Shown here: one piece after another, positions 1-8,859 of the stretch
Numbering within the stretch: position 1 is the first letter of the stretch
How the letters are laid out: each line of letters opens with the position of its first letter
Origin: a virus
Reading direction: 5' to 3' (one strand)
DNA length: 64,000 nt
Virus genome (UHGV): UHGV-0026213
Position numbers and translations under genes: made by a program
Notes under the pieces: generated by a model
Seen by the model: the letters and a program-made list of their open reading frames with translations, nothing else
What the model was told of the DNA's origin: nothing
Database searches by the model: none

Positions 1-1
1 A

Positions 2-3000
2 GAAACAGCGAAGCAACAAACTGACACGTTAGCTTCCACAGTTAGCGAGCAAGCGGGAACCGTTGCCACTAAAACTGCCGAGGTTAGCAAAAAACACGCT
101 GAAGTTTTAGCCGCGAAAACGGCCGTAGATACTGTATTACAATCGGTAAATGAGAAAGCTCAAGCTGTCGCCACAAGCGAACAATCGGTGACGGCTGCAG
201 CGGCTGATGTAACTAAGAAAGCAGAAACGGTTACGCAACAGGCCGGACAAGTTCAACAGACGGCTACCGGTGTCGAGAATACTGCGGCTTCAGTTGAGGC
301 CAGTAAGGGCGCAGTGGAGAAGATTGCTGCACAGGTCGCGAAAGATAAAGAAAGTTCAGAAGGCGCAGCAACACGTTCGGAGTCAGCTGCCTTACGTGCG
401 GAGAAAATCGCTGCGCAGGGCTTAATCGACGCCAGTACGACCGGTAAAGGTATCGTTAAACTTAACGATACACTGACTAGCGAATCCGTGACTGAGGCCG
501 CCACACCGTCCACGGTTAAACAGCTGAATGACGAATTACAGTTAAAAGCCAATAAACATTCGCCGAATTTTACGGGTAAACCGTCATCCCCAACACCCCC
601 GAAGGACTCGAACGACACGAGCATCTCCACAACGGCCTGGGTGCGTGACGCGATTGCGGAACTGGTTGGTTCTTCACCCGAGACGTTAAATACCTTAGCG
701 GAATTAGCTGAGGCGTTAGGTAATGACCCTAACTTCGCAACAACGATTACTGGGGAACTTGCGCAGAAACAACCTCTCAGTCCGTTGCTCACCGCCATTG
801 CCGCAGTCACCACAGCGGCAAATAAACTCATGTATTTCACTGGCAGTAATAAAGTCCGATTAACGGATTTTACAGAAACGGCTAGATCCTTGTTAGCGAA
901 AGGGTCAACTGCGGATATCATCAATTTCTTGGGATTAAGAACCACCGTAGATAAAGCGAATGGTGCGCTACAGAAAAACTCTAACGGCGCTGATATCCCA
1001 GATAAAGAAACTTTTGCTCGAAACATCGGCCTATCTCCTGATACCTATCTGCGTTTCCGTGGCGAAATGCCTGTAGATGCTGATATTAACACATTTGCTC
1101 CAGATGCCAATTACACAGGAACGTGGGCTAAGTCGACATCAACCAATGCGTCGATGGCAAAACACTTCCCAGAAGACGGTGCGGTCGGTTATCTGGAAGT
1201 GTATAAAGCCGGTAATTACAGCGGTGCGCAACGTTTTACCTGTCGTAATGGTAACGTGTACAACCGTATGTTGTCAGGTGCGTGGAATGGTGCCAATGGA
1301 CCCTGGTCGCCGTGGAGAATGGTAACTACTGGTGTACGTCCGTTATCTACCTCTATAGACTTGAACTCTCTGGGTGGCGCTGAGCATATGGGTAACTGGC
1401 GAAACTCAAGCAGTTCGCTGGCTGTGTTTAGCAGACATTACCCTGAAGAAGGTGGTGGTGCGCAAGGCGTACTAGAAGTAATGGAAGGTGGTCTTTTCGG
1501 ACGGTTGCAGCGATACACTACGCGTCGTGGTACAATGTATGTTCGTGGTTTGACTGCAACGTGGGATTCATCAAACCCACAATGGGAAGATTGGATTCAG
1601 GTTGGTTATCAGACTGACGGTGCTTTCTTTAAAGCCAATTTTAACGATCTCGTTAAACCGGGACGTTTCAGTGTCACTGGTGAAGCAACTAATGGCCCAC
1701 TTACCGGTTCTTCTGGTGAAACCATATTAGGTGTTTGTGAAGTTACCTTACGCTTAGACGGTACAGGGGTCGAACAGAATTATACTACATACGGTACGGG
1801 TGTAGAAACTAAAGGTCGTAAATTCCAACGTATCCGTACGGGTAACGCTTGGAGCGATTGGCGTGAGGTTTTCACATCGTATTCGCTTCCGCTGGTATTA
1901 GGTATCGGCGGTGAACGTGCGAATGTTGATCCTTTAGACTGGCAAACCTATGACTTTAAACCAGGTGAGTTAATCTGTACGCCGCTTAACACCATGAAAA
2001 ACATTCCTGCGGGAATGGATTGGGGTGTTATTGACGGTAACTTAGTTAGCATTCTGGTTGGTCCATCAGATGGCGCATCCTCAGCCCGGAGTATGTTGGT
2101 TTGGCGTAGTACGGTGTCTACTGCCAACTATCGATTCTTTGCAGTACGTATCGCTGGTGAGAAAGGTAGTCGTACGATTACGCCACGACAGATGCCTGTA
2201 TTGAATGCAGCACACACCTGGGCAGAAAAACAGACCTTTGCAAAAGGGTTAGCAGGCGAGTTAACAGGCAATGCTTCAACCGCAACGAAATTAAAGACCG
2301 CACGTAGAATTGGTGGAGTCGCTTTCGACGGTAGTGGTGATATTAACCTCCCGGGTGTTAACCAACAAGGTAATCAAAACACCACGGGTAATGCCGGTAC
2401 AGCCACTAAACTTCAAACTGCCAGAAATATTAACGGTGTGAGATTCGATGGTTCTGCTGACATCAATATCAACACCTTGGTGGGTCGTGGTCGGGTTACT
2501 GCACTAACCGGTTCAAACAAAGGTACGCCTGGTATTCAGATGTACGAAGTTTACAATAACGGTTATCCGACCGCTTATGGTAACTTGCTGCATTTGGGCG
2601 GTTCTACTGCGCTAGGTGAAGGTGAACTGTTAATCGGTTGGTCGGGCACGAGTGGTGCGCACGCACCCGTTTATATTCGTAGTCGACGCGATACAGCGGA
2701 TGCGCCGTGGTCAGATTGGGCACAAGTTTATACTGCCCGTGATAGTATTCCTGGTGTAAATACCACCGGTAATCAAGATACTACTGGTAACGCTGCTACC
2801 GCGACGAAACTGAAAACTGCTCGCAGAATCGGGGGCGTTACCTTTGACGGTACTGGGGATATCAATTTACCGGGGGTTAACCAGCAAGGTAACCAGAATA
2901 CGACAGGTAATGCAGCAACCGCCACTAAGTTACAAACACCACGTAAGATCGGTGGTGTTAACTTTGACGGTTCGCAAGACATTAGTCTGCCCGGTGTGAA

Positions 3001-4375
3001 CCAAACCGGTAACCAATCGACTACGGGGAATGCTGCGACTGCGACTAAGCTCCAGACTGCGCGAAATATAGGTGGCGTAGCTTTTGATGGTACCAAAGAC
3101 ATCAACTTACCTGGCGTAAACCAAACGGGTAATCAGTCGACCACCGGAAACGCGGCCACGGCAACGAAGTTGCAAACTGCAAGGACCATCAACGGTGTTC
3201 CGTTTGATGGCACTAAAAACATCGAAATAACGGCTGAAAGTTTAAACCTTGGGCAAACTGTAGAATTGGCCGGTGGGTCATTGCAGAAGAAACAGAACGG
3301 TGCCGATATTCCAGATAAAAGGAAATTCTTACGAAATGTTGGTGCCCCGAACACAACAACCATATCTTTTAATGGTGGTGCCGGATGGTTCAAACTGGCA
3401 ACTGTAACGATGCCACAAGCCAGTTCCGTGGTTTACATAAGCCTGATTGGTGGTGCAGGGTTTAACGTTGGTTCCCCGCATCAAGCAGGTATCTCTGAGC
3501 TGGTTCTGCGTGCAGGAAATGGGAATCCAAAAGGTATTACTGGTGCGTTATGGCGACTGACCTCAGTCGGCTTCACTAATTTTGCATGGGTGAATACATC
3601 TGGTGACACTTACGATATTTATGTTGAAATAGGTAATTACGCCACCGGTGTTAATATTCAGTGGGACTACACTAGTAATGCCAACGTAACGATTCACACA
3701 TCGCCAAGTTATACGGCTAATAAACCCGCAGGACTAACAGACGGTACCGTCTATCTGATTTACAGCACACACAACAAACCTAACGCTGGTGACGTCGGTG
3801 CGTTACCGTCAGGGGGCGGTACTATAGGTGGCGATTTAACCGTTAACGGTAAATTGGTCACTAAGTACCCTGATTTTCGAATCGCTTACGGCAACTACGG
3901 CTTTATGTTACGTAACGATGGTGCCAATACCTATTTCTTAGTAACCGACGCCGGACAAGCTGCAACGGGTTCCTGGAACGGACTACGTCCGTTGTATTTT
4001 AATAACGCTAACGGCCAAGTAACCTTTGGTCATAACGTTACTGGCAGCGGTAACGGTTCGTTTAACGACGTACAGATTCGTTCTGACCGTCGTAACAAAC
4101 GTAATCTGGTGAAACTGGATAAAGCTTTGGATCGGTTAGAGTTACTAACCGGTTATTTGTACGAAATTCAGCATCCGGATGACGGTTGGCAAACCTCTGT
4201 AGGTCTAATTGCTCAAGACGCATTAGAAGCGTTACCTGAACTTGTGTCTGAGGATGATGATGCCATTTCAGGCGAAAAACGTTTACGTCTAAACTACAAT
4301 GGCGTTATTGCGCTGTTAGTAGAGGGTATGAAAGCGTTGCGTCAAGAGGTTAACGAAATTAAAGGAAGATCCTAA
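2..4375 (+). CDS. Long tail fibre protein, 5' partial (frame open from window start); coiled-coil N-terminal part, about seven ~34-aa fibre repeats, C-terminal intramolecular chaperone (peptidase S74-like) domain
   Basis: Frame is open from position 2 with no stop before the first listed start at 188. Repeats of the form GNQxTTGNAATATKLxTARxIGGVxFDGxxDI match the phage tail fibre repeat pattern. C-terminus RSDRRNKRNLVKLDKALDRLELLTGYLYEIQ...EGMKALRQEV matches self-cleaving chaperone domains of endosialidase and L-shaped tail fibres. Conserved NGADIPDK(x)F(x)RN(I/V)G motif occurs twice. Confidence 0.85.
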   Translation, partial: ETAKQQTDTLASTVSEQAGTVATKTAEVSKKHAEVLAAKTAVDTVLQSVNEKAQAVATSEQSVTAAAADVTKKAETVTQQAGQVQQTATGVENTAASVEASKGAVEKIAAQVAKDKESSEGAATRSESAALRAEKIAAQGLIDASTTGKGIVKLNDTLTSESVTEAATPSTVKQLNDELQLKANKHSPNFTGKPSSPTPPKDSNDTSISTTAWVRDAIAELVGSSPETLNTLAELAEALGNDPNFATTITGELAQKQPLSPLLTAIAAVTTAANKLMYFTGSNKVRLTDFTETARSLLAKGSTADIINFLGLRTTVDKANGALQKNSNGADIPDKETFARNIGLSPDTYLRFRGEMPVDADINTFAPDANYTGTWAKSTSTNASMAKHFPEDGAVGYLEVYKAGNYSGAQRFTCRNGNVYNRMLSGAWNGANGPWSPWRMVTTGVRPLSTSIDLNSLGGAEHMGNWRNSSSSLAVFSRHYPEEGGGAQGVLEVMEGGLFGRLQRYTTRRGTMYVRGLTATWDSSNPQWEDWIQVGYQTDGAFFKANFNDLVKPGRFSVTGEATNGPLTGSSGETILGVCEVTLRLDGTGVEQNYTTYGTGVETKGRKFQRIRTGNAWSDWREVFTSYSLPLVLGIGGERANVDPLDWQTYDFKPGELICTPLNTMKNIPAGMDWGVIDGNLVSILVGPSDGASSARSMLVWRSTVSTANYRFFAVRIAGEKGSRTITPRQMPVLNAAHTWAEKQTFAKGLAGELTGNASTATKLKTARRIGGVAFDGSGDINLPGVNQQGNQNTTGNAGTATKLQTARNINGVRFDGSADININTLVGRGRVTALTGSNKGTPGIQMYEVYNNGYPTAYGNLLHLGGSTALGEGELLIGWSGTSGAHAPVYIRSRRDTADAPWSDWAQVYTARDSIPGVNTTGNQDTTGNAATATKLKTARRIGGVTFDGTGDINLPGVNQQGNQNTTGNAATATKLQTPRKIGGVNFDGSQDISLPGVNQTGNQSTTGNAATATKLQTARNIGGVAFDGTKDINLPGVNQTGNQSTTGNAATATKLQTARTINGVPFDGTKNIEITAESLNLGQTVELAGGSLQKKQNGADIPDKRKFLRNVGAPNTTTISFNGGAGWFKLATVTMPQASSVVYISLIGGAGFNVGSPHQAGISELVLRAGNGNPKGITGALWRLTSVGFTNFAWVNTSGDTYDIYVEIGNYATGVNIQWDYTSNANVTIHTSPSYTANKPAGLTDGTVYLIYSTHNKPNAGDVGALPSGGGTIGGDLTVNGKLVTKYPDFRIAYGNYGFMLRNDGANTYFLVTDAGQAATGSWNGLRPLYFNNANGQVTFGHNVTGSGNGSFNDVQIRSDRRNKRNLVKLDKALDRLELLTGYLYEIQHPDDGWQTSVGLIAQDALEALPELVSEDDDAISGEKRLRLNYNGVIALLVEGMKALRQEVNEIKGRS
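2270..3240 (+). repeat. Tandem in-frame ~100-120 nt coding repeats (fibre repeat units) inside the tail fibre gene
   Basis: Repeated protein units ...TGNAATATKL(Q/K)TAR.IGGV.FDG..DINLPGVNQ(Q/T)GNQ.T... in the translation; they create the spurious antisense ORFs 2773..3105 and 3133..3393. Confidence 0.8.
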
Positions 4376-5157
4376 TGGCAGTTGTCGGCGTAGGTGGTTG
4401 GATTGGTTCTTCAGCAAAAGCTGAAGCTGGTAACGAATGGATGTCTGGCGCGATGCGCACACTTGGTGTGCCGGTTCCAGGCTGGATGTCGCAATTGGCG
4501 GGAAAATCAAAAGAGGTCCATTATTCTATTGGTGCTAACCATAGCTATAATAAGGATACTCTTATTAACTATTTACGTTCTTTAGGCTCTACTGCTGTCG
4601 TTGTGACCATTACAGGGGATTTAGTGTCTTATAGTAGCGGGGTTCCTTGTTTAGAATTCCCTAGCAATCTTCCAAATTCGTATATTACACTCATCATCAA
4701 TCCTGGGGTTACAGTATACGGCAGAGGAGGCAACGGCGGTTCTAACTCACCAGGCGGTGCAGGTGGAACCGCAATACAGAACGGAATAGGAAACAGACTG
4801 CGTATAACCAACCGTGGCGCTATTGCCGGAGGCGGTGGCGGCGGTGGCGGCGGTAACAGGGGTAGACTAATATTTGGTGGTGGCGGTGGTCGCCCATTCG
4901 GTGCTGGTGGGTCTTCCTCTCATATGAGTTCCGGTGCGGCTGCTGGTACTATTTCCGCTCCTGGTAAAGGATCTGTTGGTGAGGGGTCTCTTAGTGCATA
5001 TACAGGCGGTTCGGGTGGTAATGTCGGTGCTGCTGGAGGAAGATGTAATACTCATGGTAACGGTACAGAATATAACGGCGGAGCAGCTGGTGCAGCTGTT
5101 ACTGGTAATGCGCCAAGATGGGACGCAGTAGGTGCAATATACGGTTCACGTGTTTAA
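4375..5157 (+). CDS. Glycine-rich tail-fibre tip adhesin-like protein (T2/S16 gp38-like, from recalled similarity)
   Basis: Start overlaps the fibre gene stop (TAATG) with AAAGGAAG RBS. N-terminus MAVVGVGGWIGSSA...WMSQLAGKS followed by Gly-rich motifs (GGNGGSNSPGGAGG, G9 run, GGGGGRPFGAGG). Position immediately 3' of a processed fibre gene fits a receptor-binding adhesin. Confidence 0.6.
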   Translation: MAVVGVGGWIGSSAKAEAGNEWMSGAMRTLGVPVPGWMSQLAGKSKEVHYSIGANHSYNKDTLINYLRSLGSTAVVVTITGDLVSYSSGVPCLEFPSNLPNSYITLIINPGVTVYGRGGNGGSNSPGGAGGTAIQNGIGNRLRITNRGAIAGGGGGGGGGNRGRLIFGGGGGRPFGAGGSSSHMSSGAAAGTISAPGKGSVGEGSLSAYTGGSGGNVGAAGGRCNTHGNGTEYNGGAAGAAVTGNAPRWDAVGAIYGSRV

Positions 5158-5173
5158 TTAAAAAAGAGGGTAG

Positions 5174-5677
5174 ATGGGGGTAGCGTCAGGATGGGTCGGT
5201 TCTTCGGCCAAGAACGAAACGGGCGAACAATGGATGAGCGCTGCGGGTAGTAAATTAGGATTGGGTAGACCTTTTATGATGAGCCAAATGGTGGGACGAT
5301 CTATGGGCTGTAAAATTGCAACTGCTGCATATAGCGATTCTTTAGGTAAGAAATGGGGAGCAGTAGGGCCAAGTTGGCCGTTAAACCAGAAAAATCAGGG
5401 GACCATTCAAAACGCGGGTAACTGCGGGGTGGGAACTTTAGTAGGTATTGAGTTACAGTTAACGACGATAGTTGCCAACGCAAAGCCTACTTTAGCGGTT
5501 TACTTACAAGGAGGCAGAGCCTCTAACATTACCGTAAATTTAGGTGGCAACACCTGCGCGCTGACCTATCAGCAGGTTATTAACGGACAGCATTATTACT
5601 GGACTAATAACATCAGCGCTGCGTTCCAAAACGTGATGAAATCGACAGGCGCACTACGTGATTTGAGAATTAGCTAA
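5174..5677 (+). CDS. Paralogue of the adhesin-like protein: shared N-terminal ~45 aa, different C-terminal domain
   Basis: N-terminus MGVASGWVGSSAKNETGEQWMSAAG...MMSQMVGRS aligns with the 4375 protein N-terminus; C-terminal part lacks poly-Gly runs. Confidence 0.5.
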   Translation: MGVASGWVGSSAKNETGEQWMSAAGSKLGLGRPFMMSQMVGRSMGCKIATAAYSDSLGKKWGAVGPSWPLNQKNQGTIQNAGNCGVGTLVGIELQLTTIVANAKPTLAVYLQGGRASNITVNLGGNTCALTYQQVINGQHYYWTNNISAAFQNVMKSTGALRDLRIS

Positions 5678-5711
5678 TTATTTTCAAGTCATAGTGCTTG
5701 AAAACATAATC

Positions 5712-5721
5712 GGGGGGGGGG
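5712..5721. repeat. Intergenic G10 homopolymer followed by TGA
   Basis: cggggggggggtgaaatg read directly; same GGGGGGGGGTGA string as at 6737. Confidence 0.7.
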
Positions 5722-5760
5722 TGAAATGCTTTAGCCAACATTTTATGACTCCCCTAACCG

Positions 5761-6291
5761 TTGGAGGTAAACTTTATGGGGCAATTCACACCAGATTTAT
5801 CATTAACTTCAACTAACATGGTTATATCGCTGATCAACTACGACCTTCAGCTCGATCTGCAAGAAAACGAGGTTGAGTTCAGCAACGTAAATCCTACTGA
5901 AGAAATGAATCGTGATACCACTGCCGTTGTAAAGATTAAGCGTCCTGGAAACAGAACGTTGCAGATCTATTACAACCGTTTAACCGCAGAGCGGTGGTTA
6001 AACCAGCAACCTATTCTGGTAAAAGTAATCGGGGAAGGGTTTACCACACACGATTTAATCGAAGCGATTAACGCAGCTTGTGGCAGTAACTTACAAGCTG
6101 AAGATCTAACAGATAATTCATTTACTGTAGGAAAAGACGCGGTAACGTTGCAGGTATCGCCTAGTTCACTAGGTTATAAAGGTCAATTCTCTGTTCTGGT
6201 TTTCGGTAACGGTGAAGAAGCCGCAGTAACAAAAGACGACGATTTAATCGTTACCGCAGATAATCGTGTATTAACTTTCGGAGATCATTAA
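5761..6291 (+). CDS. Hypothetical protein
   Basis: 176-aa ORF with GGAGG RBS 8 nt upstream of ATG. Confidence 0.55.
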   Translation: MEVNFMGQFTPDLSLTSTNMVISLINYDLQLDLQENEVEFSNVNPTEEMNRDTTAVVKIKRPGNRTLQIYYNRLTAERWLNQQPILVKVIGEGFTTHDLIEAINAACGSNLQAEDLTDNSFTVGKDAVTLQVSPSSLGYKGQFSVLVFGNGEEAAVTKDDDLIVTADNRVLTFGDH

Positions 6292-6305
6292 TGGCTAAAA
6301 CTTAA

Positions 6306-6575
6306 GTGGCGTTGGTATTTTTTACATCGATAACAATCTATCCGCAAATACTCTACTTATCTGAAAGTAACGAATTACTGGACGTTAAATATTACGTTGC
6401 GGATGCTTCCACAAAAGCATCGGTGGTAATGTTGACTATCTTGGTAACAATGTCTAAAGTCCATGGTGTTACTATTGATATCAACAATCTCGATGAAGTC
6501 CCTATTACGGAAGAACAAACCCCGGTTAAATTTATCGTTGGTACTGCCTTATCACAGAACGGCATGTCGCGCTAA
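6306..6575 (+). CDS. Hypothetical small protein (GTG start, weak)
   Basis: 89-aa ORF filling the gap between flanking genes; no strong RBS. Confidence 0.3.
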   Translation: MALVFFTSITIYPQILYLSESNELLDVKYYVADASTKASVVMLTILVTMSKVHGVTIDINNLDEVPITEEQTPVKFIVGTALSQNGMSR

Positions 6576-6610
6576 CCGGAAGAGCATTGGTTTAAAAATT
6601 GGAGGTTACA

Positions 6611-6748
6611 ATGGTTCAACCAATTGGAAAGAAACGTATCCATGAACTCGACAATTTCTCTGGCGATCTCAAAGGTGCGGTAGTTCTCCTTTCTAAGGAA
6701 GAAAAAGAATATAAAATTGATATTGCAGAACTTCAAGGGGGGGGGTGA
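6611..6748 (+). CDS. 45-codon ORF with strong RBS ending in GGG GGG GGG TGA; candidate N-terminal segment of the downstream esterase via frameshift or homopolymer length change
   Basis: GGAGG RBS 5 nt before ATG at 6611; translation MVQPIGKKRIHELDNFSGDLKGAVVLLSKEEKEYKIDIAELQGGG*. The downstream ORF frame is open from 6721 and is reached by a -1 shift or one extra G. Confidence 0.35.
   Translation: MVQPIGKKRIHELDNFSGDLKGAVVLLSKEEKEYKIDIAELQGGG
6737..6745 (+). repeat. G9 homopolymer at the junction between the 45-codon ORF and the esterase ORF
   Basis: cttcaagggggggggtgacg read directly. Confidence 0.7.
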
Positions 6749-8736
6749 CGGAACCGGATTATTACTTCGTGATCCCTATAGCCGGGCAATCTAATGCGAT
6801 GAGTTATGGTGAAGGATTGCCTCTACCAGCGACGTTGGACGCTCCCGATCCGCGGATTAAACAGATGGCACGCCGTACGAAGGTAACGCCTAATGGAGCT
6901 GATTGTAAGTATAACGACGTCATTCCAGCGGATCACTGTCTGCACGACGTGCAAGATATGTCCGTATTCTCGCATCCCAATGCCAATTTGGACAAAGGTG
7001 AATACGGATGTGTGGGTCAAGGTCTACACATCGCGAAGCGTCTTCTCCCGTATATTCCTAGCAACGCTGGTATCTTACTAGTACCCTGCGCACGCGGTGG
7101 TTCTGCTTTTACAGGTGGTGCAGAAGGTACCTTCGATGACGCCACAGGAGCCTCTGCGGCGTCATCGGTATGGGGGGTGGAAAAACCGCTTTATAAAGAT
7201 TTAGTTAGCCGGACCAAAAAAGCTCTGGAGGTTAATCCTAAAAATAAACTCCTGGCTGTAGTGTGGATGCAGGGAGAGTATGATCTGACTAAAGTAGGTT
7301 ACGCACAACAACCAGCGCTATTTAACGCTATGGTAGAGCGTTTCCGAACTGATCTCTCTGACCATCTCCCTCAGATGCCCGAGTACGACACCGCCGAAGT
7401 ACCATGGATCTGCGGGGACACTACCTACTATTGGAAGGAAAAATATCCTGCTCAATATGAAACCATATACGGTAATTATCGTAACAATGAACAAAAAAAT
7501 ATCTTTTTTGTTCCATTCATGTACGACGATAATGGCCAACGTGTACCGACTAATGATCCCACTGACGATCCTGATATCGCCGCTGCTGCTTACTACGGTG
7601 CTGCCTCCCGTAGTAATAAAAACTGGACGTCTGAAACAAGGAATAGCCATTTCAGTTCTTGGGCTCGACGCGGTATTATCTCAGAGAGAATAGCTGCTGA
7701 GATATTATCAAGAACAGCGATTGGTGCAATGCTCATGACGAAGAACGACACTAAAGAGCTCAAAGACAATATGAATGTGGTAAGAAGCTATACCCCATTA
7801 GTAGAGTCTGTGGGTTATAACGGACGTCGTGGAGATGGTTCCCTGAAAGGGCAAGGTTGGAACAATACCATTGATTGTAACGTAACCGTGCAAAAATCTG
7901 AGGATGGAAATGGACATTTCGTCGAATTAAGAAAGGCTGTAAGTAACAAACCTTGGAATGTAACCAGGTCAATGGCAACAGCTGCAGACATGATACGTTA
8001 CGGTGGACGTCTGACCGTTACTTTTAGACTAAAAGGTGATTTAGCAGCAAATCGTTTCGGGTTAGGACTTTATTGGCGTATCTCCGCGTCCGACCTACCT
8101 TCTGGTACTACACTTGCTGACGCTAGTGTGGCTGATACGAACCCGTACCTAATGTCTTTTTTCTTACAGACCGACGCTACGAATCTTTATCTGATGCATC
8201 ATAAAAAGCAGAATGTGCAATTAGGAACTTTCGGTGCGTACGATAATAACTGGCATACGCTTGAAATCATTTATCCGGGTGACAATAAAATCAAAGTCAC
8301 GCCTGTGCTTGACGGCAAGAATGGCACTCCATTTGATCTGGCGAACAGTACAGCTAAGACCAATTTGAACGAATTGGTTCTGACAGATATTACGAAAGTT
8401 ATTGCCTACGATATCGATATTTCGAAGTTTGAGATCTCGGTCAATCGTGATTCTGGTAGTATAGTGTTATCTGAGGAAGATGTATCGTCTTATGTGTATT
8501 TCCCAGCCACCAACCGTGGCGGCCAACTTACTATTCCTGATCTAGAATATAGCGTGGGTAGAAATATTCAGATCGTGGCAAATAAGGCTGGTTCGATCAC
8601 CGTTAAACCGGAAAATTCAAACGTTCTCATCACTCCAAAGAGTGGGACGGAAGGTCTTGCCAAACCCATTGAGACCAATGAAAGTATTACGCTAATGCAA
8701 GTTGGCTCCGATGGTAAAAGCTGGGTAGTTATTTAA
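6745..8736 (+). CDS. SGNH/SASA-like carbohydrate esterase with C-terminal beta-rich domain; candidate virion-associated polysaccharide deacetylase
   Basis: N-terminal VIPIAGQSNAMSYG resembles the GQSNM motif of sialate O-acetylesterase-like SGNH hydrolases. 663 aa; sits in the tail-fibre neighbourhood. Annotated GTG start is the last base of a G9 run. Confidence 0.55.
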   Translation: MTEPDYYFVIPIAGQSNAMSYGEGLPLPATLDAPDPRIKQMARRTKVTPNGADCKYNDVIPADHCLHDVQDMSVFSHPNANLDKGEYGCVGQGLHIAKRLLPYIPSNAGILLVPCARGGSAFTGGAEGTFDDATGASAASSVWGVEKPLYKDLVSRTKKALEVNPKNKLLAVVWMQGEYDLTKVGYAQQPALFNAMVERFRTDLSDHLPQMPEYDTAEVPWICGDTTYYWKEKYPAQYETIYGNYRNNEQKNIFFVPFMYDDNGQRVPTNDPTDDPDIAAAAYYGAASRSNKNWTSETRNSHFSSWARRGIISERIAAEILSRTAIGAMLMTKNDTKELKDNMNVVRSYTPLVESVGYNGRRGDGSLKGQGWNNTIDCNVTVQKSEDGNGHFVELRKAVSNKPWNVTRSMATAADMIRYGGRLTVTFRLKGDLAANRFGLGLYWRISASDLPSGTTLADASVADTNPYLMSFFLQTDATNLYLMHHKKQNVQLGTFGAYDNNWHTLEIIYPGDNKIKVTPVLDGKNGTPFDLANSTAKTNLNELVLTDITKVIAYDIDISKFEISVNRDSGSIVLSEEDVSSYVYFPATNRGGQLTIPDLEYSVGRNIQIVANKAGSITVKPENSNVLITPKSGTEGLAKPIETNESITLMQVGSDGKSWVVI

Positions 8737-8742
8737 TTTAAA

Positions 8743-8785
8743 CCGTAGGATGGACTAAGTCCATCCTACGGTTTTTATATTTTTT
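8743..8785 (+). terminator. Intrinsic terminator
   Basis: ccgtaggatgg-actaagt-ccatcctacgg hairpin followed by tttttatatttttt. Confidence 0.8.
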
Positions 8786-8787
8786 CT

Positions 8788-8812
8788 CAGATATATATTA
8801 CCTAGGAGAGAG
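8788..8812 (+). promoter_or_regulatory. Conserved promoter-like motif, copy 1 (cagatatatattacCtaggAgagag) with downstream palindrome
   Basis: One of four near-identical 25-bp motifs, each in an intergenic region upstream of a plus-strand gene block; followed by inverted repeat gagtgaa...ttcactc. Confidence 0.6.
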
Positions 8813-8859
8813 TGAAATTTACATTCACTCCATTAGTTATAGCCGAAAAGGAGGATTAG

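Noticed and set aside
253-1026. 257-aa minus-strand ORF inside the tail fibre gene
   Set aside because: Fully antisense to a well-supported long CDS; Ala/Ser/Val-rich translation typical of the reverse frame; no RBS.
2773-3393. Minus-strand ORFs 2773..3105 and 3133..3393 with repeated sequence
   Set aside because: Reverse-complement reading of the in-frame fibre repeats; the repeat periodicity keeps an antisense frame open.
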